The notes below the pieces were generated by a model, which saw nothing but the letters and a program-made list of their open reading frames with translations, searched no databases and was not told the DNA's origin. This document shows, piece by piece, positions 13,038 through 21,890 of a stretch of DNA of 64,000 nucleotides. The position numbers were made by a program, and so were the translations under genes. Each line of letters begins with the position of its first letter. Within the stretch, counting starts at the first letter, position 1. The DNA is taken from positions 11,468-75,467 of the forward strand of contig JAGYME010000004.1 in NCBI GenBank assembly GCA_018400715.1, written 5' to 3'. Origin of the DNA: Candidatus Bipolaricaulota bacterium (GTDB taxonomy: Bacteria > Bipolaricaulota > Bipolaricaulia > M55B111).

Positions 13038-13397
13038 ATGCCAAGGACGAAGAGAGGAAATTCTAGATTAAAGTCACGCAAGAAGATATTACAGAGAGCT
13101 AAGGGGTTTTACGGGAAGAGAAGGAATTGCTATAAGATCGCGAAGCAGTCAGTGATGAAGGCGATGAAGAACGCTTACATCGACCGCAGGCGAAAGAAGA
13201 GAGATTTCAGAAAGTTGTGGATTACGAGAATTGGCGCTGCTTCCAAGCAAAACGGCACTTCCTACTCGAAGTTCATTGGTGGCCTGAACAAGTCTGGTGT
13301 GGAGTTAAACCGGAAGATGCTGGCTGACATTGCCGTCCGGGATTCAGATACGTTCACCGACTTAGTCGAGCTATCACAGGAGAACCTGCAAAACTAA
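13038..13397 (+). CDS. rplT: 50S ribosomal protein L20
   Basis: MPRTKRG..AKGFYG..YIDRRRKKRDFRKLWITRI..LNRKMLADIA. Confidence 0.98.
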   Translation: MPRTKRGNSRLKSRKKILQRAKGFYGKRRNCYKIAKQSVMKAMKNAYIDRRRKKRDFRKLWITRIGAASKQNGTSYSKFIGGLNKSGVELNRKMLADIAVRDSDTFTDLVELSQENLQN

Positions 13398-13400
13398 CGG

Positions 13401-14273
13401 ATGAACTTACAACAACTCATCGTCAGCCTGGAAGAGTACTGGTTGGACCATGGATGCCTTATCATTCAACCCTATGACGTAGAGACGGGCGCGGGGACGT
13501 TTAATCCGGGGACCTTCTTCGGCTCGCTGGGCCCCGACCCGTTAAAAGTTGGATACGTTGAACCGAGCCGGCGCCCCCCCGATGGGCGGTATGGAAAAAA
13601 CCCCATTCGGGTGAGACTGCATCATCAATACCAGGTTATCCTGAAGCCTCCACCTGAGGAAATACAAGACCTTTATCTGGGGAGTCTGGAGCATCTCGGG
13701 ATTGATTTAGCCGAACACGACGTGAGGTTTGTCGATGACAACTGGGAGTCTCCTTCGTTGGGAGCCCGAGGTACGGGTTGGGAGGTCTGGATAGACGGCC
13801 TGGAGATCACCCAATTTACCTACTTTCAACGTGTTGGGGGAATCGACTTACAGCCAGTATGCGTTGAACTCGCCTACGGTCTGGAGAGAATTGCCACGTT
13901 TATCCAGAAGGTGGATAGCGTGTATGACCTCTCCTGGAACGGCGATCTGACATATCGCCGAGTCTTCCAGGAAAAGGAACGGCAGTTCTCCACCTATAAT
14001 TTCGACGTTGCTGACGTGGAGAGAAATATAGAACTTTTTGAGTTCGCAGAGGAAGAGGCAAAGAGTTGTCTGGAGGAGGGGCTGTTCTATCCCGCGTACG
14101 ATATGACTCTCAAGGCAGCACATTACTTTAACATCCTGCTGGCACGAAATGCCATCAGCGTGACGGAAAGGGAAAAATATATTGCCCGGATCAGAAAACT
14201 TGCCGGTGGAATCGCTTCTAAGTACGTGGAATCCCTGGAGGGCTATTCTAGTGAGCAAAGACCTATTATTTGA
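13401..14273 (+). CDS. glyQ: Glycine--tRNA ligase alpha subunit
   Basis: QPYDVETGAGTF, YVEPSRRPPDGRYG, DNWESPSLGA, GLEITQFTYFQ. Confidence 0.97.
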   Translation: MNLQQLIVSLEEYWLDHGCLIIQPYDVETGAGTFNPGTFFGSLGPDPLKVGYVEPSRRPPDGRYGKNPIRVRLHHQYQVILKPPPEEIQDLYLGSLEHLGIDLAEHDVRFVDDNWESPSLGARGTGWEVWIDGLEITQFTYFQRVGGIDLQPVCVELAYGLERIATFIQKVDSVYDLSWNGDLTYRRVFQEKERQFSTYNFDVADVERNIELFEFAEEEAKSCLEEGLFYPAYDMTLKAAHYFNILLARNAISVTEREKYIARIRKLAGGIASKYVESLEGYSSEQRPII

Positions 14274-16320
14274 ACTGGGAACCGAAGAAATACCCCCCGC
14301 CCACCTTCCTGGGGTGGGTAGGAACTTCGTTGATGACATCGAAAGCGGCATGGAGAAAGTTAGACTTGATTACACGGACGTTGAACTCTTTTACACTCCG
14401 CGGAGGGTAGCCGTAAGGGTTAACGACCTCGCTGAACGGCAACCGGACGCCGTGAAAACGCATAGAGGGCCGTCGGCGGAAATTGGCCTCGACGAAGAGG
14501 GAGGTTTCCAGCTTCCCGCGGAAAAATTTGCCGAAGGACACGGGGCATCCGTGGAAGACCTACTGATAGAGGATACTGACGGGGGCAGGTACCTTTTCGT
14601 TGAAGAAAAGAAGGAAGGCAACCCGGCTGAAGAGGTCGTTCCTCAACTGCTGACCGAGATAGTTTTTAACCTCCACCAGCCAGAAACCATGAGGTGGGAT
14701 GACTCCGGCCTGGAGTTCATCCGGCCGATCCGCTGGGTCCTCTGTATATACGGAAATAAACCACTGAAGTTCAAGGTCGGTAACGTTCAGTCATCCCGGT
14801 TTACGAGGGGTCATAGGTTTCACGGCCATAGCTCAATTGAGATAAACTCGCCTGAGAACTACGAGGATGAATTGAGAAATAACCACGTCATTCCCGATCC
14901 TCAGGAGCGGTTGGGGTACATGGAGAACGGGGTAGAGGAGAGGACTAGCCAACTGGGAGCGAAAATGGCCGTGGGAGAGAGTTTTCTCCAGTCTTTATCC
15001 AACAGCCTTGAGTATCCGAGTATAGTCGACGGGTCGTTACCCGACGAGTACCTGGATTTGCCTCCCGAGCTGTTGTATAAAACGTTGACCGGAGAGGCAA
15101 GGCTTATCCCCCTGGTTGACCTGGAGACAGGTGACCCGCTTTCGCTGTTTATCGGTTTTCGCGACGGAATCGAAGACGAAACGGGGAACATAAAGAGGGG
15201 TTACGAGTCCGTGATCAACGCTCGCCTCAGAGACTCCAAGTTCTTCTTCGAGCACGACAGGGAGAACTCGCTTGAGAGTTTTCTTCCAGAACTTAAGAAG
15301 GTCACGTTTCAGGAGGACCTCGGTTCCATCTGGGATAAGGTTGAGAGAATGAAGGAGCTGGCCGCAAAAATAGGTGGGGAGATCGATACGGAAAAAACCG
15401 AGATCATTGATAGGACGGTGAGCCTGTGTAAGGGAGATTTGGTCACAGAAGTAGTCGACGAATTTCCCTCACTGGAAGGAGTTATCGGCAGTTATTACGC
15501 CGAACTGGATGGCGAACCAGACCAGGTCGTCCAGGGAATACGTGAGCACTTCAACCCCAGGTCGTCGGGAGACGAAACGCCCGAGACCACACCGGGGGCC
15601 GTCGCCAGTATTTCCGATAAACTGGACACGTTAACCGGGTCTTTTATGATCGGCGAGGAGCCTACGGGGACACGTGACCCTTATGGTTTGAGAAGAAAGG
15701 CGGACGGGGTTATCAGGACGATAATCGACAACGAAATGGTCCTGGACCTGTGTGCGCTCGTGGCGTTCTCCGGAGACAACTTCTCTCTAGAAACGGACGT
15801 CCCGTTTGTGGAGCGCCTAAGTGATTACTTCGAGAAACGGACCGCAAGCGTTCTAGAACGGGTTTACGGGTTTGATTACGATGTCGTTGACGCGGTTATG
15901 GCCAACTACGACGGAGACGCGTATGAAACCTATGAGCGGGCTGATAGCCTGCAGAACTTCAAGGAGAAGCCGGAACTGAAGCGGTTAGTGGACTCGTTTA
16001 CGCGGGTAATGAATATCCTGGGGAACGACAGGGCCGAGTACGAGGTCGATTCTGAACTAATGGAACTGGAAGAGGAAATTACGCTCTGGGAAAAGACGTC
16101 AGAGAAGGCCGAAAAACTCGACAAGTTAGCCGTGGAACAGAGATACGACAGGGTTATCGAACACCTGCTGGAGTTAAAGGAGCCGATCGATAATTATTTC
16201 GATAACGTAATGGTAATGACGGACGACGATAAGAAGAGAAACAATCGGTTGAACCTTCTTTCCAGCCTGCGAAGACTGTTTATGAACGTGGGTGACCTCT
16301 CGAGGATAATTACGGAGTGA
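14251..16320 (+). CDS. glyS: Glycine--tRNA ligase beta subunit
   Basis: DLLFELGTEEIP, TPRR, FIRPIRW, ARLRDSKFF, DPYGLRR; GTG start at 14251. Confidence 0.96.
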   Translation: MSKDLLFELGTEEIPPAHLPGVGRNFVDDIESGMEKVRLDYTDVELFYTPRRVAVRVNDLAERQPDAVKTHRGPSAEIGLDEEGGFQLPAEKFAEGHGASVEDLLIEDTDGGRYLFVEEKKEGNPAEEVVPQLLTEIVFNLHQPETMRWDDSGLEFIRPIRWVLCIYGNKPLKFKVGNVQSSRFTRGHRFHGHSSIEINSPENYEDELRNNHVIPDPQERLGYMENGVEERTSQLGAKMAVGESFLQSLSNSLEYPSIVDGSLPDEYLDLPPELLYKTLTGEARLIPLVDLETGDPLSLFIGFRDGIEDETGNIKRGYESVINARLRDSKFFFEHDRENSLESFLPELKKVTFQEDLGSIWDKVERMKELAAKIGGEIDTEKTEIIDRTVSLCKGDLVTEVVDEFPSLEGVIGSYYAELDGEPDQVVQGIREHFNPRSSGDETPETTPGAVASISDKLDTLTGSFMIGEEPTGTRDPYGLRRKADGVIRTIIDNEMVLDLCALVAFSGDNFSLETDVPFVERLSDYFEKRTASVLERVYGFDYDVVDAVMANYDGDAYETYERADSLQNFKEKPELKRLVDSFTRVMNILGNDRAEYEVDSELMELEEEITLWEKTSEKAEKLDKLAVEQRYDRVIEHLLELKEPIDNYFDNVMVMTDDDKKRNNRLNLLSSLRRLFMNVGDLSRIITE

Positions 16321-16328
16321 GTTGGTCT

Positions 16329-16583
16329 CTAATCATCCTCGTCTTCGTCCATTCCGGGTACGGGGTCGTAACCACCGGGGTTTAACGGGTGACAGCGCAG
16401 GATCCGTCTGATACCCAGATAAAGCCCCTTAGTTGGGCCGTGGCGCTCTATCGCTTGCTTGTTGTACTCCGAACAGGTTGGGTAAAATCTACAGGTATTG
16501 GGAAACCCTGGAGATATTGCCCTCTGGTAGAACTTAATAATTCCCAGCAAAGATGTCTTTAACAGTTTGTCTATCCTGAGCAA
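16329..16583 (-). CDS. yidD: Membrane protein insertion efficiency factor
   Basis: [35 protein letters not shown]; TTG 16583 after GAGGGGG (alternative start 16613). Confidence 0.92.
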   Translation of the reverse strand: MLRIDKLLKTSLLGIIKFYQRAISPGFPNTCRFYPTCSEYNKQAIERHGPTKGLYLGIRRILRCHPLNPGGYDPVPGMDEDEDD

Positions 16584-17802
16584 ATCTATATGAACCCCCC
16601 TCAACTGATTCAAGTTTACCAGGTACGTCTGCTACGTCCAACTCTCCGACGGTAAGGTCACAACCCAGATTTCCACTGAGTGAAGGTAGGCTCCTGTGAC
16701 CCTCCGAGGTAATTAATTCTTTGATATAAAGTCCGCTCTCAGCCCAGAGATAAACTTCGTAATTCCGGTCTCCGGCCCTCCTTCCGCTGGCGCCGAACAC
16801 CCGCCTGACTCTAACGAGGTCTGATCTTCTATGGGCAACTCTGGTCGGTGTTCGTTGAAATATCCTTCCCTGAATTTTCCGTAAGCCCTCCGCGAAATCA
16901 TCTGCGCCTATCTCGACTTCTGAGTCTACGAGGGCCCGATATATCTTATCGGGTTTAGCGCTCTTGATCGCTTCGACCGCTCCCTTCGCGACGATTCTTA
17001 AGTTTCTGATCTCAAGATCTTCGGACTTTTTGGTCTCCTCCTTGAGGTCATTTAGATCAAGGCTCCGGATTCTCGGTTCTCGTAACTCCACGACGAACGG
17101 TCGCCCTCCGCCAAGGCATAGGACGTCCACGTCCTCCCTTCCCCCTCCGTGAAAGACGGACGATTCCGAGCGGCTAAGGGACCGGGCGGGCGAAGAGATT
17201 ATCTCTTCGACGGAATTGGAGTAACCCATCTCCGGCCAGTCCGTCTGTGGGATCCCCCGGGTGAGTTTTCGATATCTACCGTAGACGTAGACGGGGCGGA
17301 GTTCAATTTCGATTCGGTCGTTTTCGAAGTCCAGGAGTACGGTCAAATCAGGAGTATCGAAGTCCGCCTCGACCGTTATTCCCCTCTCCGCCAGGTTATC
17401 CCTGAAGCGTTTCCCCAGGGCGCGGTTGACGGCGTGGCTGAAGTCCTCTGCGTTCTTGAGGTTATATTTCTCCTCCAGACTTTCCTGGTTCCGTTTCACC
17501 ACTCTCCTTAACCTGGTGCCAAACAGGAAGGTGGAGAATTCGTAACCCTCAACCGTCTCTATAGTCCTTTCTACCCAGGAGTCGAGGTCCGAGCAGAGGC
17601 CAAAGCATATATTGCAACTATCGTCCTCCACGATCGGTTTATCCATGACCATCCCCGCGACGGTCCTCAGGGATTTCCCCCGCTCCCTGTTGGTTAGCCC
17701 GTGGCTTAGCTCCCCGAAGAGCCTTCCCAGGCAGCTGTCACAAATTTCGTGGTCCTCCAGGATCCTTGCTGCAGTTGAAACTACGTCGGGCTCTTTGCTC
17801 AT
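16534..17802 (-). CDS. pus10: tRNA pseudouridine(54/55) synthase, Pus10 family (archaeal type)
   Basis: N-terminal CDSCLGR..C..C, THUMP-like region, [47 protein letters not shown]; ATG 17802 after AAGGAGG. Confidence 0.9.
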   Translation of the reverse strand: MSKEPDVVSTAARILEDHEICDSCLGRLFGELSHGLTNRERGKSLRTVAGMVMDKPIVEDDSCNICFGLCSDLDSWVERTIETVEGYEFSTFLFGTRLRRVVKRNQESLEEKYNLKNAEDFSHAVNRALGKRFRDNLAERGITVEADFDTPDLTVLLDFENDRIEIELRPVYVYGRYRKLTRGIPQTDWPEMGYSNSVEEIISSPARSLSRSESSVFHGGGREDVDVLCLGGGRPFVVELREPRIRSLDLNDLKEETKKSEDLEIRNLRIVAKGAVEAIKSAKPDKIYRALVDSEVEIGADDFAEGLRKIQGRIFQRTPTRVAHRRSDLVRVRRVFGASGRRAGDRNYEVYLWAESGLYIKELITSEGHRSLPSLSGNLGCDLTVGELDVADVPGKLESVEGGSYRFAQDRQTVKDIFAGNY

Positions 17803-17956
17803 ACCTGCCTCCTTATATAGGTCGTTATTCCGCACCGAACAGAAGATATTACTAAATATCTGGGCCCTTTTATACCGGGTTGAGTTAGCTTTGACGATCT
17901 TGAGTCGGCATTGTTTGTCCTGGGGGAGTCGGAAGGGAAACCTACGGGTTTATTGC

Positions 17957-18048
17957 TGGCGGAGGGGGTGGGATTCGAACCCACGGCTGAGTTCCCACTC
18001 AGCAATGGCTTAGCAAGCCATCGTCTTCGGCCACTCGACCACCCCTCC
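17957..18048 (-). tRNA. tRNA-Ser(GCT) with long variable arm and encoded CCA
   Basis: GGAGGGGTGGTCGAGTGG...ATGGC TT GCT AA GCCAT...GGTTCGAATCCCACCCCCTCCGCCA. Confidence 0.97.
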
Positions 18049-18064
18049 AGGGGCATCGTATCTT

Positions 18065-18093
18065 AATTTACCACATCGGCAGGGGGTTTTCAA
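18065..18093 (-). promoter_or_regulatory. Putative promoter of tRNA-Ser and downstream pus10-yidD
   Basis: Minus strand TTGAAA-N17-TAAATT with an extended -10 TG. Confidence 0.55.
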
Positions 18094-18094
18094 T

Positions 18095-18440
18095 AGGTGG
18101 GTAGGTGGGTAATGGGTGGTGAGGTGTAGGATTCAGGATTTAGGATTTCGGGGTTAGGGTTTGGGTTGGTTGGTGAGCGGGGGTTGGTGGTGTTAGCGAG
18201 GTACCAGGTATTAGGTATCAGTTTTGAGGGGGTAGGATTTAGGAGTTGGGATTTAGGGTGAAGGGTAACGGGGAATGGGTAATGGGTTAATGGGTTAATG
18301 GGTTAATGGGTGATTTGGTTAATTGATTACTAGATACTAATTGCCAAGACCTACGACCCAAAACCCAATACCCAGGACGCACGACACTTGACGCCTGACG
18401 CTTAATCGACTGAAAACCGCGAACTAAAGAACGTTGACTA
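18095..18440. repeat. Back-to-back degenerate 7/8-bp tandem arrays (G/T-rich block, then C/A-rich block)
   Basis: taggatt caggatt taggatt..., several aatgggtt-type units near 18275-18312, then aagacct acgaccc aaaaccc aataccc...ttgacta. Confidence 0.85.
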
Positions 18441-18462
18441 CTAAACATATGTTTAGTAAAAT
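18434..18462 (+). promoter_or_regulatory. lexA promoter with a palindromic operator in the spacer
   Basis: TTGACT (18434-39)-N17-TAAAAT (18457-62); perfect palindrome TACTAAACATATGTTTAGTA at 18439-18458. Confidence 0.8.
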
Positions 18463-18477
18463 AAATTGCGATCGGAT

Positions 18478-19101
18478 ATGAACAATACTAATTTAACTGA
18501 CAGGCAGCTCTCCATACTGAAGTTTATTTGTGAGGTCATAGATGATGCATCTCGGCCTCCGACTATACGGGAGATAGGGTACGAGTTCTCTATTAGCTCG
18601 ACCAAGGGAGTGGCCGACCACCTGGACGCGCTCGAGAGGAAGGGGTGGATAGAGAGGGAACCGGGTCAGGCTAGGGGTATAAAGCCGGTCAGGGAGAAGA
18701 CGGAGAAGCTTTTTGGGGCAAGCACGGGTCTGCCTGTAGTCGGTTCCGTTGTAGCTGGAGGTCCGACCCTGGCCAGGGAAAACCTGGAGGGTTTGCTCAA
18801 TCTGGACGACCTATTTCCCAATAACGACGATCTGTTTGCCCTCAGGGTTAGAGGAGATTCCATGACCGGGGCCGGCATCTACAGGGGCGACATAGTGGTC
18901 GTAAGACAGCAGTGGCAGGCCGACGTTGGAGACGTAGTAGTGGCTATAGTTGACGACGAGAAGGGTACTGTAAAAAAGCTCTCCAAGGTAGGTGAAGAGA
19001 TTCACCTGAAGCCGGCGAACCCAAACTACGACACGATCGTTAAGGAGCCGAGCCGAGTGGAGATAAGGGGTAAGGTAGTTGGTGTAATTAGGAAGATGTA
19101 A
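18478..19101 (+). CDS. lexA: SOS repressor LexA
   Basis: LTDRQ..PPTIREIG..HLDALERKGWI; Ala-Gly cleavage site (VAGGP); Ser (GDSM) and Lys (TVKK) dyad. Confidence 0.95.
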   Translation: MNNTNLTDRQLSILKFICEVIDDASRPPTIREIGYEFSISSTKGVADHLDALERKGWIEREPGQARGIKPVREKTEKLFGASTGLPVVGSVVAGGPTLARENLEGLLNLDDLFPNNDDLFALRVRGDSMTGAGIYRGDIVVVRQQWQADVGDVVVAIVDDEKGTVKKLSKVGEEIHLKPANPNYDTIVKEPSRVEIRGKVVGVIRKM

Positions 19102-19143
19102 TCCATCCTTCTCTGATCTTGGCGACGTCTTGTTCTCACTATC

Positions 19144-19404
19144 ATGTATAAGGATATCAATCAATCGATAAAAGTTGGGGTCAAATTCTCCCGGGGGCGG
19201 GTTGAGCCCGTCTGGTTCTTCTGGCAGCGGAGAAAACACGACGTAGACGAGGTCAACCTGTACCATCGGACCTTTAAGGGTGAAGCGCCCATACACCACT
19301 TTTCCGTTACGGTGGGAGGGGACGTCTTTCAGCTCTCTTTTGATGGCAAGAAACTTCGATGGAAGCTGGACAAGATCTGGGTCTCGGGTGACTACGACCG
19401 ATGA
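19144..19404 (+). CDS. Small beta-rich hypothetical protein between lexA and the Y-family polymerase
   Basis: 86-aa ORF with an ATGA overlap to dinB; aromatic beta pattern PVWFFWQRRKHDV..HHFSV..FQLSFD..LRWKL. Confidence 0.75.
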   Translation: MYKDINQSIKVGVKFSRGRVEPVWFFWQRRKHDVDEVNLYHRTFKGEAPIHHFSVTVGGDVFQLSFDGKKLRWKLDKIWVSGDYDR

Positions 19405-20630
19405 AACGAGTGATATTTCACGTTGATATGGATTCGTATTTCGCTTCAGTGGAACAACAGGCAAATCCCAGACTGCGGGGGAAACCGATAGTCGTCACCG
19501 GTAGACCGACGATTAGGTCAATAGTAGCTGCTGCCTCCAGGGAGGCGAAGGAGGCAGGTGTGAAGTCAGCTATGCCCACCTGGAAGGCGGAAAAATTGTG
19601 TCCTGACATAACTCTTGTGCCGGGAGATCCAGATAAATACGAGTGGGTAACCAACAACTTCTTCTCGATATTGAGGTCCTACAGTTCCAGGCTGGAACCG
19701 TTTGGTGTCGATGAGGCCTTCTTGGACCTAACGCCCTCCGGCCTCGACCTCAGATCGCCAGAGAGGATAGCGGGGGAGATTAAACGCAGGGTAAGCGACC
19801 GTCTGGGCAACTGGATTACCTGTTCGATTGGCATCGCCCGTAATAAACTCCTGGCAAAGCTCGCCTCGGACATGGACAAGCCGGACGGTGTGACTCTCAT
19901 CGGAGACGGAGACGTCGATGCCGTATTAAGGGATACCCCCTTGACCGATCTGTGCGGCATTGGCACAAGAATCGAGAGCAGGCTCAACCGCATGGGGATA
20001 AGTTCTATCGCCGAACTAGGAGAATATCCGGAGAAGGAGTTAAGGAGGGAATTTGGGGTGATCGGAGCTAAGCTAAAGTTAATGGGGCAGGGGAAGGACC
20101 CGAGTCCAGTCCTCCCCGCCGGATACTCGGAGGAGGTCAAATCTGTGGGCCACTCCTTAAGTCTGCCGGATTACAAGAGGACGCCCAGGAAAGCCATGCC
20201 AATTCTGTTTAAGCTGGCCCAGCAGGTAGGTTACAGGTTGAGAAAGCGGGACCTTGCTGCCAGCACGATAAAGCTGTACGTCAGGGGCGCCGAGTATAAC
20301 ATAACAGGTAAACAGATTACGTTGGGCCGACACGTTGACGACGGCAACGAGATCTATTCGGCCTGCCTCAGGATTAAGGAAAAGATTGGGTTCCCATCTA
20401 CCCCGACCATGGTCGGGGTGCGGGCTTCAAATCTGCGGGACAGAAATACCCTTTCGCAACCGATCTTGCCGAAATGGAGAAAGCGGGAGGAGTTGCTGGA
20501 CGTCATGGACTCGGTAAACGAAGAATACGGGGAAGAGACCCTTTACTTTGCAGCACAGAGTGGATCGGAGGACCTCCTTCCGTCCGTTGGAGAGTTCAGG
20601 CGGCCGGGTGATCTGGGTCCGGAAAAATGA
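19401..20630 (+). CDS. dinB: Y-family DNA polymerase (Pol IV/DinB-like)
   Basis: FHVDMDSYFASVEQ, DEAFLD, SIGIARNKLLAKLASDMDKPDG; C-terminal LLDVMDSVNEEYG. Confidence 0.93.
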   Translation: MKRVIFHVDMDSYFASVEQQANPRLRGKPIVVTGRPTIRSIVAAASREAKEAGVKSAMPTWKAEKLCPDITLVPGDPDKYEWVTNNFFSILRSYSSRLEPFGVDEAFLDLTPSGLDLRSPERIAGEIKRRVSDRLGNWITCSIGIARNKLLAKLASDMDKPDGVTLIGDGDVDAVLRDTPLTDLCGIGTRIESRLNRMGISSIAELGEYPEKELRREFGVIGAKLKLMGQGKDPSPVLPAGYSEEVKSVGHSLSLPDYKRTPRKAMPILFKLAQQVGYRLRKRDLAASTIKLYVRGAEYNITGKQITLGRHVDDGNEIYSACLRIKEKIGFPSTPTMVGVRASNLRDRNTLSQPILPKWRKREELLDVMDSVNEEYGEETLYFAAQSGSEDLLPSVGEFRRPGDLGPEK

Positions 20631-20656
20631 AGCCAGGAGAATGCACCCAGAGGGGT

Positions 20657-21037
20657 TCAAGCATCCCTGGTGATCTCGACTTCGGCGCTTCTAGCTAGGG
20701 GGAGAGCCGCGGGTTTCTGCACAGAAACCGTCACCTCGCGAGCCCCGTCAAACCCGAGTGTCAAATCGGCGATTTCCTGGGCGAGGACCTCTATCAAATA
20801 AGCTTCTTCCTCGGTTACCAAGCTGTAGATATCTTCGCTAAGCTTGCTATAATCTATTGTATCATTCAGGTCATCGGTCTTACCCGCCCTCCTTGAATCG
20901 GTGATAATTTCTAGATTTACGATTATTTTCTGTCTTATCTCCCTCTCGAAGTCCTCCGTTCCCACGATGCAGGGAATAGCAAGGTCGTTTATCCTGATTT
21001 TGTCCCGGCCGTCTCCGCCGTTCTGGTTATCTCTCAC
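20657..21037 (-). CDS. folB: Dihydroneopterin aldolase
   Basis: IVG...ER...Q, DDLNDTIDYS, LIEVLAQEIA, V.KPAAL. Confidence 0.92.
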   Translation of the reverse strand: MRDNQNGGDGRDKIRINDLAIPCIVGTEDFEREIRQKIIVNLEIITDSRRAGKTDDLNDTIDYSKLSEDIYSLVTEEEAYLIEVLAQEIADLTLGFDGAREVTVSVQKPAALPLARSAEVEITRDA

Positions 21038-21038
21038 G

Positions 21039-21782
21039 TTAGCCTCCCAGTTCGTAAAGTAGTTTTCTGCCGCCGTCCACGAAGAGGACTTCCCCGGTAA
21101 TGAACGTCGATTTTAGCAGGAAGGTCACCGCGTCAGCCACGTCCGACTTCTCTCCATATCGGCCGAGTGGGACACGATCGACCCTGTCTTCCAGGTATTC
21201 CTTCCCCATCCCCGGTGGGGGTGTGATCAACCCGGGGGCAACCCCGTTTACCGTAAAGTCGGGGGCGTACTTGAGGGCGGTCATCTTGGTCATCCTCGTC
21301 AGGAGGACCTTACTGAAGTAGTAGCCCGCGTGGTCCCAATCATAGCCCGCGACTCTGGCATCCAGCAGGTTGACTACCTTCCCCTCCAAGAAGTTGTCTA
21401 CGAACGACCGGGTCAATGAGAGCGGGGCCCAGGAGTTGACTTTCAGGTTAGTGAGAAGATCGTCGAATTCAACCTCTTCTAGGTTGCCAGGTGGGAAGAT
21501 GGAAGCGTTGTTAATTAAACAGTCCAAGGTCCCCACTTCACCTTTGATTTCCCCGATGAATTCGGAATAATTCGTCTCCGACTCGAAGTCCTCCTGGACG
21601 GTCCAGGCGTTTACGCCCACCCTCTCGAGAACACCCTTAAGCTCTCTGGCCTCACGACCTGATGACCGGTAGTGGATTACCACGTCCATACCTTCATTCG
21701 CGAGCGAGAGGGCGATTTGCCTGCCGGTTCTCTTTGCCGCTCCCGTGACGAGGGCGGTCTTTCCAGTTAAATCATCCCCCAT
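21039..21782 (-). CDS. Pteridine reductase-type SDR (FolM/PTR1 family)
   Basis: LVTGAAKRTG, IHYRSS, LINNASIF, NLLD, YYFSK, VNGVAPG; adjacent to folB. Confidence 0.85.
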   Translation of the reverse strand: MGDDLTGKTALVTGAAKRTGRQIALSLANEGMDVVIHYRSSGREARELKGVLERVGVNAWTVQEDFESETNYSEFIGEIKGEVGTLDCLINNASIFPPGNLEEVEFDDLLTNLKVNSWAPLSLTRSFVDNFLEGKVVNLLDARVAGYDWDHAGYYFSKVLLTRMTKMTALKYAPDFTVNGVAPGLITPPPGMGKEYLEDRVDRVPLGRYGEKSDVADAVTFLLKSTFITGEVLFVDGGRKLLYELGG

Positions 21783-21890
21783 GCTGCTTCCACCTATAAC
21801 TAGTTTGCCTGAGGGGAAAGTGTGATCCCCTCCTCCCGTCTGGTCCCGGACCAAGACGACCTGTTTCTCCCGGACTGCTCGATGGCCACA

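Noticed and set aside
17799-18056. 85-aa ORF
   Set aside because: It is the tRNA-Ser sequence read as codons
18095-18440. CRISPR array
   Set aside because: Units are degenerate 7-8-mers with no unique spacers, and there are no cas genes
18811-19464. 217-aa antisense ORF
   Set aside because: Shadow of lexA and the small gene; no motifs
17957-20630. Integrative element at tRNA-Ser carrying lexA-dinB
   Set aside because: No integrase and no duplicated tRNA 3' end seen; the cassette lies on the 5' side of the tRNA
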